A DNA stretch of 64,000 nucleotides from positions 1,488,001-1,552,000 of the forward strand of contig OX337240.1 of assembly GCA_946965045.2 (NCBI GenBank), read 5' to 3'. Under the pieces are notes generated by a model that did not search any database, had not been told where the DNA came from, and saw only the letters and a list, made by a program, of their open reading frames with translations. The stretch is from Epithemia pelagica. Taxonomy: Eukaryota > Protista > Bacillariophyta. The first letter of the stretch is position 1. Each line of letters begins with the position of its first letter. Of the stretch, positions 52,570-62,087 are shown one piece after another. The position numbers and the translations under genes were made by a program.

Positions 52570-55500
52570 TGGTGTGGCCGCCGACTTCTCTCTGTCGGTA
52601 CAGGCCACCCTTTCTTCCAAACTACCGATCCCAGGAGGGATACCTGGGCTCCATTGCCCTTTGGTTGGTTGTTGCCTGCCTTAGTGGTTTTTTTGCGTTC
52701 CTTCCGCACCCTGTGTGCCTGGATAAATCTTTCTTTTTACTTCGTCCCCCTTTTGATCTTGATCTTGTTCTTGTCCGTTGCGTCCTGCTCGCGAGAGGGA
52801 GGACTGGGTTGGCGTCACCTTTTTGCCTTCCCTAATTTGCCCGTGCAAGTCCGCCGTCGCTACAAGACCAAGACGCACATCGCCCGGCGTCGGTTTACTA
52901 CTGCCCTCATGATGTTTCACACCGTGACCAACACGACCGTTACATGGGCTGGTACCGTCGATCGTGGACGGACGCCCTATACCTTAACCCGTCTGCCTCA
53001 ACGCCGACGTCGAATTAAGCCTCAACGATCAACAAGGCCCAAGGGATCTTCTCGCCGCGAAAAGCAAACAAACGACGCTGAATACGATACCAGCGACCAT
53101 GGCGTTTATCTCCCGGGATCATGGACGATCCCAAGCCAACAAGAATCGCTAACCGGTCCTGACCGATGGAAGCTACCGAAGGGACGGCTTTCTTCCTACT
53201 TTGGCACGATGGATGAGCTAGTGGAAGCAATCGAATGTCCGTCGAAGCGAAAACCTCCTGATCCGCTAGCGCAATACTTCGCGTTGCGGCAACTCGGACC
53301 TAGTCTGTTCCAACAGAAGAAGAAGGTTATGGCCGTCAAGATGCAAAACGCTATGATTGCCGCTGCCAAGCTATCGGGAGACGACGAATATCATCAAGAG
53401 ACACTACACCATCGAATGTCAGTGTATCTCAACTCATCCAAGGAGGCAGATTTGCCCGTCGTGATCGATACCGGTGCCTCTTCGTCCTTGACCCCGAAAC
53501 TGGAAGACTTTGATGGCCCGATCAAACCTTGCGACACAACGGAATTGAACGGGTTGTCCAGTTCAACCACGGTTGTTGGAGTCGGTATGGCCAGATGGAC
53601 GATCCGAGACGTGTTTGGTGTCACCCGTACCATCCGTACCAAGGCCTATTACGTGCCAGCCGCACAAATCCGCCTCTTTAGCCCACAATCGTATTTTCAA
53701 GAACGATCGTCCGGTGAATTGTTGGTTAACCACAACCGCTGTAAATTGATCCTCCATGATGGAAGTGACCTCGAGTTTCCATTCAATGGGCAGAGCAACC
53801 TGCCATTGATGCTCACAAGCCACCAGGTTCAAATGGGGTTGTCTTTCGAGGACGTGATGGAGTTGGACGAGTCGAAGGCGTTTCTGTCCGTGGCAGATGA
53901 AGCCAACAAGAACATTACCGCAGCACAACGTGAGCTGCTTAAATGGCACTGGAAATTGGGCCATGCTAATTTTACATGGATCCAAGAGTTGTGTCGGAAT
54001 CCGCGGACGGAACGACGTCGCGTCCTGCATACGCGTGAAAACCAAACGTCGTCGTGTCCAATTGACAACTTGCATTGTACAGCATGTCGACTCGGGAAAC
54101 AGCGTCGCCGTGGTGCTAACACACAGCACACGGGAACCAAAGAAAATCGTCACATGGTCACGAAGTCAGACAACGTCAAACCCGGCGACTGTGTCAGCAC
54201 TGACCAGTATCAATCTCCTTTGACTGGTCGTCTTCCGAACACCCGTGGCAGAGAACCGAAGAAAGATCAATTCACGGGCGGTACTCTCTTCGTAGATCAT
54301 GCCTCAGGGCTTATCTACTGTGTCCACCAGGTGTCTCTCAATACCGGTGAGACTCTCCAAGCCAAACTGCAGTTCGAACAGTTCGCCCAAGAACAGGGCA
54401 TAACAATCAAATCATATCTAGCCGATAACAAGCCGTTTGGGAACAAGGACTTTGTTGCTGCGATTAAAGAGGCCGGTCAGACTATGTCGTTCTCCGGAGT
54501 TGGGGCACATCACCAGAATGGTGTTGCCGAGCGCAGTATTCGCACCGTAACGTCCTGGGCCCGTACGATGATGCTTCATGCCGTGCTGCATTGGCCGGAA
54601 CATGCCCACGATTTAAGCCTTTGGCCGTTTGCCCTACAACATGCAGTGTGGCTGTGGAACCATCTCCCCAAGCGACTTACACACATTGCCCCATTGGAAG
54701 TTTTTACTGGAACGACGTTCCCTACCTTACATCACTTGCACCGCCGTCACGTTTGGGGTTGCCCGGTCTATGTCCTAGACCCTGCCCTTCAAGATGGCAA
54801 GAAATTGCCTAAATGGGCCCCTCGTGCTCGTCGTGGTCAGTACTTGGGCGTCTCACCCTCCCATTCAAGCACCGTGGGCCTGATTCTCAACATTGCTACG
54901 GGATACGTGAGTCCCCAATATCACGTCGTCTACGACGACTTGTTCAGTAGCGTGCCTAATGCCGAGACTGGAGGAGCCCTCCAACCCGATGTGTTCCATG
55001 GGTCCTTTTGGGACCAACTCGTTGCCAGTGGCCTAGAGCGGCTGGATGATGGTGACTATGCCGATGAACCCGTTCCTCCGCCCCTACATCATGATTGGAT
55101 GACGAACGATGAGCTGGATGCCCTCCAGCGCCAACGGAACGACGCCGAAAGGGTAAATGCCTTACCCTTGCCTCCTGCTTTGCCTCCCGCACCGCCCTTG
55201 CCTCCAGAGGGAGCTCTGGCACCTTTGGTTCCAGAGGGAGACGGTGTGGACGTGGATGTGGATGTTCCTGCTGATGCTCTTTTTCCCCATCACTTTCCCT
55301 TGGACCAAGTGGACCCCAACGCGCCAGAGCACAACGAACACAACGATGCGAACGAACAAGACGATCCAAACGACAACAACGAACTGCCCCATTGGCAAAT
55401 GGATGGAGTATGGGACGGCAACGGCGACAACAACACGACGATGGACTCAGCCGACGAAGTTGTGATCTTCGATGCGGATGAGGAAGAATCCGTGAGAAGA

Positions 55501-57474
55501 GAGCAAGAAAGAGAACGGCGATCACAGCACCTACAACCGCCAGACGAGATGACTTTTGGTCGTGGGAAGCGACAGCGCAAGCCAAACCCCAAGTATGCCA
55601 GCTTCTCGCAATCACGGTGGGCATCACTCGCATGCTTCAACCGCGACTCCTATTCCAAGCAAAAGGTGAAACGTGACTTGGCCAACGATGCATTCCTGGC
55701 AGGACTCGATTGGACCTCAACCGTGAATGAGTTACGATCATCAACCTCAACCTTAATGAACCGTCTACTGGCACTCAACACGGACTACCTGACGAACACG
55801 GTGGAAGCTATGCACCCTATGATGCTAGTAACAAAAGCGGACGCAGCGGATAACCCTCGTTGGAATGAAGCCATGAGCGGCCCAGATGCCGCTGGCTTCA
55901 TGGAAGCTTGTAAAAAGGAAATTGACACCCTTTACCGACTAATGAAGGCCTGGACAGTGGTGGAACGGCAACCATGGATGAACGTGATCCCATCTACATG
56001 GGCGTTCAAACGGAAGCGATACCCCGACGGCTCAGTGAAGAAACTCAAAGCACGGTTTTGTGCACGAGGTGACTATCAAGTCGAAGGGATTGATTTCTTT
56101 GATACTTTTGCCCCTGTGGTAAATTGGACAACGGTACGCCTAATGCTTATCCTGTCCATTATATTGAACCTTGCAACGGTGCAGGTAGACTATACCGCGG
56201 CGTTCCTTCACGCCCCAATTGATCGTGATCCCAAGTGGGACTCGATGACTCGAGAAGAGCGACAGAAGAGCGGTGTCTACGTCGAGATGCCAAGAGGATT
56301 CGGCCAAGACGGACGAGTACTCAAATTGAATCGTTCTCTGTACGGACTCAAACAGGCCCCTCGGAACTTCTTCCAACACTTCAAGGGTCAGTTAGAAAGA
56401 GTTGGCTTTGTGTCTCAAGAATCCGTTGATCCCTGCCTATTTATCTCGGACAAGGTCATTGCGGTAGTGTACGTGGACGACACACTCTTCTACAGTCCGA
56501 AGCGGGAATATATCGACGAGGTGCTCGAACGATTAAAGAAAGAAGAACACGCTGAACTCGACGTTGAAGACAGCGTAGCAGGATTCTTGGGCGTTCACAT
56601 TGAACGAGACAATACCCAAGGAACTATCAAACTGACCCAACAAGGTCTGATCAAACGTATATTGGAAGCCCTACAAGTTGGTGACTTGGAACGCAGTTGT
56701 ACACCTGCATTATCAAAGCCCCTTGTAGAAGACAAAGAAGGAGATCCCCCACAAGGCCGCTACAATTACGCTAGCGTGATCGGGATGCTCCAGTACCTTC
56801 ATGCGCACAGTCGCCCTGATTTAACGTATGCCGTGAGCCAATGTGCCCGGTTCGTCCACAACCCGAAGCGTTCACACGAACGAGCAGTCGAGAAGATTGG
56901 ACAGTATCTGAAACACACCCAAGACCAAGGATTGATCTTGAAGCCGAGCCAAGAACTCGACGTCGACTGCTACGTCGATGCAGACTTTGCCGGATTATGG
57001 CCGTACGAAGAAAAGAATGACCCTACCAGTGTCAAGAGCCGTACAGGCTACGCTATATGCATTGCAAATTGCCCAGTCATATGGACGAGCAAACTCCAAA
57101 CATCCATTGCCCTGAGTACAATGGAAGCCGAATACAACGCGCTAAGCAAAGCTTTGAAGTCGGTCCTTCCCCTACGAGAACTCCTGACCCATGTCGCAAA
57201 AGGAGTGGGATTAAGTGACGACTACACCACAACATTCAAGACTACCGTATGGGAAGACAACGCTGGAGCGTTAACCCTTGCAAATATGGAACCAGGTCGA
57301 ATCACGCCCAGATCAAAATATTATGCTGTGAAAACCCATTGGTTCCGATCCCATCTAAACGAGCGCCTAACCGTTGTCAAAGTGGCAACGACGGAACAAC
57401 GCGCGGATATTTTAACCAAAGGATTGACCCAAACCACTTTCGAGCACATCCGGAAGCTCCTTTGTGGTTGGTAA
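52570..57474 (+). CDS. pol: Pol polyprotein, in frame with gag directly after the TGA (first in-frame ATG 52909)
   Basis: Protease VIDTGAS (53461); HHCC WHWKLGH...CTAC; integrase STDQ / LADN / QNGVAER; RT WAFKRK, QVDYTAAFL, SLYGLKQAP, YVDD; RNase H YVDADFA, EAEY, WEDN, ADILTK. No stop between 52570 and 57471. Confidence 0.95.
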   Translation, partial: WCGRRLLSVGTGHPFFQTTDPRRDTWAPLPFGWLLPALVVFLRSFRTLCAWINLSFYFVPLLILILFLSVASCSREGGLGWRHLFAFPNLPVQVRRRYKTKTHIARRRFTTALMMFHTVTNTTVTWAGTVDRGRTPYTLTRLPQRRRRIKPQRSTRPKGSSRREKQTNDAEYDTSDHGVYLPGSWTIPSQQESLTGPDRWKLPKGRLSSYFGTMDELVEAIECPSKRKPPDPLAQYFALRQLGPSLFQQKKKVMAVKMQNAMIAAAKLSGDDEYHQETLHHRMSVYLNSSKEADLPVVIDTGASSSLTPKLEDFDGPIKPCDTTELNGLSSSTTVVGVGMARWTIRDVFGVTRTIRTKAYYVPAAQIRLFSPQSYFQERSSGELLVNHNRCKLILHDGSDLEFPFNGQSNLPLMLTSHQVQMGLSFEDVMELDESKAFLSVADEANKNITAAQRELLKWHWKLGHANFTWIQELCRNPRTERRRVLHTRENQTSSCPIDNLHCTACRLGKQRRRGANTQHTGTKENRHMVTKSDNVKPGDCVSTDQYQSPLTGRLPNTRGREPKKDQFTGGTLFVDHASGLIYCVHQVSLNTGETLQAKLQFEQFAQEQGITIKSYLADNKPFGNKDFVAAIKEAGQTMSFSGVGAHHQNGVAERSIRTVTSWARTMMLHAVLHWPEHAHDLSLWPFALQHAVWLWNHLPKRLTHIAPLEVFTGTTFPTLHHLHRRHVWGCPVYVLDPALQDGKKLPKWAPRARRGQYLGVSPSHSSTVGLILNIATGYVSPQYHVVYDDLFSSVPNAETGGALQPDVFHGSFWDQLVASGLERLDDGDYADEPVPPPLHHDWMTNDELDALQRQRNDAERVNALPLPPALPPAPPLPPEGALAPLVPEGDGVDVDVDVPADALFPHHFPLDQVDPNAPEHNEHNDANEQDDPNDNNELPHWQMDGVWDGNGDNNTTMDSADEVVIFDADEEESVRREQERERRSQHLQPPDEMTFGRGKRQRKPNPKYASFSQSRWASLACFNRDSYSKQKVKRDLANDAFLAGLDWTSTVNELRSSTSTLMNRLLALNTDYLTNTVEAMHPMMLVTKADAADNPRWNEAMSGPDAAGFMEACKKEIDTLYRLMKAWTVVERQPWMNVIPSTWAFKRKRYPDGSVKKLKARFCARGDYQVEGIDFFDTFAPVVNWTTVRLMLILSIILNLATVQVDYTAAFLHAPIDRDPKWDSMTREERQKSGVYVEMPRGFGQDGRVLKLNRSLYGLKQAPRNFFQHFKGQLERVGFVSQESVDPCLFISDKVIAVVYVDDTLFYSPKREYIDEVLERLKKEEHAELDVEDSVAGFLGVHIERDNTQGTIKLTQQGLIKRILEALQVGDLERSCTPALSKPLVEDKEGDPPQGRYNYASVIGMLQYLHAHSRPDLTYAVSQCARFVHNPKRSHERAVEKIGQYLKHTQDQGLILKPSQELDVDCYVDADFAGLWPYEEKNDPTSVKSRTGYAICIANCPVIWTSKLQTSIALSTMEAEYNALSKALKSVLPLRELLTHVAKGVGLSDDYTTTFKTTVWEDNAGALTLANMEPGRITPRSKYYAVKTHWFRSHLNERLTVVKVATTEQRADILTKGLTQTTFEHIRKLLCGW

Positions 57475-57545
57475 GGCCTTCATCATCTCATTTCCATTCC
57501 ACAATCCATCTCATTACATGTTATCTCTCATCCGATTGCTCCTCT

Positions 57546-57554
57546 GAGAGGGAG
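57546..57554 (+). promoter_or_regulatory. Polypurine tract
   Basis: GAGAGGGAG abutting the 3' LTR. Confidence 0.85.
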
Positions 57555-57721
57555 TGAAAGGACAGTGCGACCTAATGGAGACCCCAAAGGGACGATCCAT
57601 AGGTTCAAGGCCAGCGTCGCAATCGAATGACGTACCCTCATCCATTTCCACTTACGTATTAGGACCTACCGATCTAAACCAATTTACTAGTCATAATTTT
57701 ACAAACCAAACCCTCCTTTCA
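57555..57721 (+). repeat. 3' LTR
   Basis: Near-identical copy of 50623-50789, followed by the TSD CTAGC. Confidence 0.97.
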
Positions 57722-58419
57722 CTAGCCATCCATAGAGTTTAGTGCCTTCTGTTTTCGTGTTGTACATCTGTTTTCTGCTTTGAGCACGTCAATGACCCTC
57801 AGTTTCACCATGAACACACCACAGAGCAGCTCTAACACGCTGTTACAGCTACAAATTGAATCATTCGCTGTTTAACTCTAGCTCTCTAGGAGCTGATAAT
57901 TGGAAAGTAGGGTGTGGCAAGAGCAAGATGGAGCCATCTACTTGAAGCAAAAACAACAAAATGTTCGGTCGTTGAGAGACGATTGAGAATGAAAGTTACC
58001 AACCAGCCAACAATCAAACAACAGAAGAATTACACGAAGGGGAAAGGGAAAGATATTCCACTTGACCACAAGCAGCTTATACCTAGTGTACTCGTACAAC
58101 ATGAGACAAAAATCATGCATGAACAAAGGGTAAGAAGAAAGAAAAGGAGACAACAAGATTAGAAATAAGCAGCAGTAGTGAGAAGTTAGAAGCGATTCAG
58201 CCCAGCATGATCCGTCCATGGTTCTTACCTTACGTTCCTCGGTTTTTGGTTTTTGTGACAGACGAGAACAAGAGGGTTGCCCAAATTTCAAATTTATGAG
58301 CATTCCGAGGAAACTGGACGCAAGCCGACCTTTATGTAACGGTGTTGGCAATTAGAGATACTTAGAGCTACCTGGAGCAGTGGCGGGCGACAATGAAAAA
58401 AGGATAGGGTTGGGGATTT

Positions 58420-58461
58420 GTCTGGCCGCCTCACCAAAATGGAGGGGATATAATGGCGAAT
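58420..58461 (-). repeat. 42-bp repeat, copy B (inverted relative to 50142-50183)
   Basis: GTCTGGCCGCCTCACCAAAATGGAGGGGATATAATGGCGAAT. Confidence 0.9.
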
Positions 58462-58690
58462 CTCCAAAGTTTTTGGGTTGCGCGCGGCTCGTACCCCTAA
58501 GGTCATTCACGCGCGCGACTCACGTAGTCTTCTTACACCTGTGCAACACAAACCCCATTAGGGTTTTCAATACTAGAATTTCGTTGGGCGAACTTTAACC
58601 AAATACACAGAAATGTATATCTCTATTTCAGAAGACATATAGAGGCTTATCTGAAAGAGCATCAAAAGACGATTCGATCTATCCCTCCGA

Positions 58691-59579
58691 CTAGAAGCAA
58701 CCTGACTAATTTGGCAGCCTGACTAAATTTGGTGGGCGGAATTCTGGGGTCACCGCGATGCCACCGTAGAAAACTTTGACAATTTATAACTTAACTTCTA
58801 CTTAACCAATTTTGGAATTTGAGGTGTCATTCAAAAGCCCAGAACGAGATCTGTCGATTGGGCACTTCAAAATGTGTTTTTGGCGCCAAATGGATGAAGG
58901 AAAGTTTAAATTGGTAGTCTAACTTAGCTACCTGCCCACACACAGTCTCGATCAGATTTGGTGCAGTCTAGCAAGAAACGACAATGACAAAGTCAGCATC
59001 CATCAAGGTAGCATGAATGCATAGTGTGTACCCAACAACTTCATTGTTGTCAACATGCTACCTTCAGCTCCAACAGTATCATTATCATCACACAGACCTG
59101 ATGATACACGCAGGAACCACTGTTGACATTCTCGCTGTGTCTTGTCCAGAAGGACTGGCATCTCGACTCCAAGGGAACCAGCAGTATGAACAAGAAGAAC
59201 TTGATCCTGTCTATTGAGAAAGCCATGAAGGACATGAAAGACAATGAATAGGGGAGAAATCCGATTAATTAGTGTTATAGTGAGAAGTTACGTGTCAATT
59301 CACGTGATAGCCCGTATAAAACATTTTGGTCCAAATTAGTACGGGCTATCGCGGTGCCAAATTGTCAGTTAGACCAGATATTTGCCAGAATCCAGAAATC
59401 CAGAAAATCCTGAATAACTCGACCGGGTGTTGATCTTTTTCAAAACAAAGATTATCAGCAGATAGAGCTCGTCGAGCTCTGTCGATTCCGCTGCTTCTCT
59501 AAAATTGAAAAAAGGCAACATGGTCGTGACTCAGAATTTCTGGCGTGACTCGTGCGCCAAACCGTCAGGTTGCTTCTAG
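58691..59579. mobile_element. Non-autonomous DNA transposon / MITE-like element (~889 bp)
   Basis: Perfect 16-bp terminal IR CTAGAAGCAACCTGAC (58691-58706) / GTCAGGTTGCTTCTAG (59564-59579), including a duplicated TA or CTAG. Imperfect inner extension (TTTGGC; AATTCTG(G)G/AGTCAC), subterminal direct repeats and no long ORF. Confidence 0.75.
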
Positions 59580-60785
59580 GTGTCCGCTTCTTAGCCGTCC
59601 GGCCGCTCTCCGCGACCAATCATTTTTATTTTCGTTTTTTTTCGTTCATGAAGAAAATTTCTGGTCAAAATGAAAATGATCACGCCGGCCTTCTGGATCA
59701 TCCTTTCGAATTCTTGTGAGAAGCCGTGCGCGCTTTGACCGTTGGTCTTCCCTTTTCCCTTTCATTCCAAAACTCCTCACAAATTTTGTCACTTCGTCTT
59801 TTCTCTTTTAGGTGTTTGTCATGGACATGCACCATGAACATGCATTCTGCATCATTTGCGTATCCCTGACATTCGACATGCAAAGACCATAGATAGTGTT
59901 TGGCTGTGCCCCCTTCCCTCCTTTTTCTAGTGTTCTTTGTTCTCGTGTAGTTCTCGGTTTAAAAGCACACCTTCATCCACATCCGCACACCTTGTTTGTC
60001 TATGCCGTAGGCTTGTCTCTTTGCAAGCAAATGAGCTTGACCTACTACCACCTCTTTTAGAATGAATCTCTTCCTGCTTGTGTCATGGAGTATGCAGAGT
60101 CCCACATGCTGCTGAGAAACACATGAGATACTCCTGGCAAAAAAAACGACCAAGAGGCGCAAGTCGACAACACAAGACACTAAAGACTCAAACTGAGCAA
60201 CAGGTGAGAAAGGAATGGTTCCACTAATCCTATCTTACTGAGGTTGAAAATTCTACTCCTACGAATGACATGTTAGAAGAATCCTACATTTGATTTTAGC
60301 TGCCGCCCATTGAATGGACCAAAAATGGATGTTGAACGGCACAAACACTTGAAAGTGTGGCAAAGAAGTGAGAACGTAACCCAAACCATGGTCCATTACA
60401 CTGCAGGGATAAGGCCGTCCGGAACTTACCATGCGGACAAAGATGACATGCTCAGAGCTCAGTAACGAAGCATGAGGCCGTTTTGGGGTTTGGTTTGGTC
60501 TCATTTTGTTGCGGCATTGATTTTATGACTCTCCTGAACGAACAGGAATATTTTGAGTCTTGTTGAGCAGAACGCCAGCCATCTTCCAACTGCCAAATCA
60601 CGCCAGCCTTTCCAGCCGGATGTGATCATTATTTTTTTCTGGCGGGGAAGGAGTTTTTGGTGAGCAGGACAGACCATGAAAGAGTTGACAGGCAGACCAC
60701 TAAAAGGCGGACACCTACCTAGTCGGTGCAATCTCCGATCCGACCCTTACATTTTAATCCTTCCATTTGAGCCGAACAGTCTTAC

Positions 60786-61818
60786 ATGTCACATCCGTAC
60801 CCGGAAAAGTTTCCTTGTCGAACGACGATCGTCCAAATGGAGAGAGTATCCGTACTGTCTAACGATGTGGTGGTGGATGCGAAAGGTATGTTCTCCCTAC
60901 TGCACGGACTTGTTCACTTGGTAGTTGGCAAGAATGCCCCTGCATGTTGGGTGAGGGTTCGTCGTTCATTAGTAAAGAACAGAATGGCACCGTCGCATTA
61001 TTGTTCTCATTTCTATTTGAATTTTCGCTTTTCCCCCATGTTGAGAATAGTTCGAGACTGTCGATGAGATACCAACAGAGCATTTTGAACAAAAGCAAAT
61101 CATATATGGGCGAGTAGAAGAAGTTCTAGAAGGAGATACTCTTCGTATTCGACATGTTCCAGGTTTCAATTTGGGGCGTCAAGCTCCCGTTTCCCCAATA
61201 GAACCGGACAACCTGGAGCTGGAAACCTTACTGGTGAGACTATATGGAATTGACGTGCCACGAGAGCAAGTTACGATAAGAGAAAAGGCTCGTCGGTTGG
61301 CACAAAAGACAGTCTTGGAACAAATGGTGCAAATTACCTTGTTGCAGCTCAAAAAGAAACCAGACCAAATGGTTCCGTCCAGAGATGAGGATGATGAGGC
61401 ACCCACCGAAGGGACTGCATCTCAAGATGTCCTTGCTTCAAATAAGCTGAGTGTGGCAGTTGGAGTGGTTGAGTTGGTGGCAGAAAAGCGTTTGGGTGGA
61501 CGACGTAAAAACGAGGAAATCGGGCGACTGTTGCGATATGACTTGACAATGGTCCTGGCCCGTGAAGGTTTGGCGCAAATCAGAACAGGATCCATGCGTG
61601 AGTTTTACAATCGACGAGGCGCATTGGATCACGCAATGAATCTCGCCAAACGTGAAAACAAGGGAGTGTGGGCAGCAGCAACAAAGAAATGGTCTGAACG
61701 AAAACTCCACATTGTCGACGGGCAGGGACACCAACATTTGTCCATGAATTCCATTGAACATACCAACCCATCAGCCACCTATTTCAGCGCCAGGAATAAC
61801 CAGCAGATGAAACTGTAG
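60786..61818 (+). CDS. Staphylococcal nuclease (SNase/thermonuclease)-like protein (join 60786 or 60888-60950, 61051-61818)
   Basis: The frame upstream of the track ORF reads FETVDEIPTEHFEQKQIIYGRVEEVLEGDTLRIRHVPG, then VRLYGIDVPRE, GRLL, LAREGLAQI, AKRENKGVW. Phase-0 intron 60951-61050 (GTGAG...TAG). Confidence 0.75.
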
Positions 61819-62087
61819 CAAGTAAAGGAAGGCTCCGAAGTGCGCTCAAGTCGTATCTCTGTTGTATCGTTTGGATCACCCTCTACAGGCTAAAATTCGA
61901 CGAGGAGGACAGTTTTTGGTGTAAATCTGATGAACAGCATTCACTCCACGATGTAAAGAAAACATGAAAGCAAAATTATTTAGGAAACGTTTAATCCGCA
62001 AAAATAAGTCAATAATGTGATGAACGGATAAAGGAGGCCTTTCTTGATAAAGGGGGAGTGCTGCACGATAGTTGTGTTCGGTAGCTT

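Larger units (their letters stand above)
50623..57721 (+). mobile_element. Full-length Ty1/copia (CoDi) LTR retrotransposon, recent insertion
   Basis: 167-bp LTRs differing at one base; TGAAAGGA...TCCTTTCA termini; 5-bp TSD CTAGC (50618-50622 and 57722-57726); PBS, PPT, gag and an intact PR-IN-RT-RH pol. Confidence 0.98.

Noticed and set aside
59650-60780. Short open frames between the MITE and the SNase gene (also 14900-15500 and 63189-63623)
   Set aside because: Frequent stops in all frames and no motif I could assign. They may be decayed genes or UTRs but are not supportable as features.
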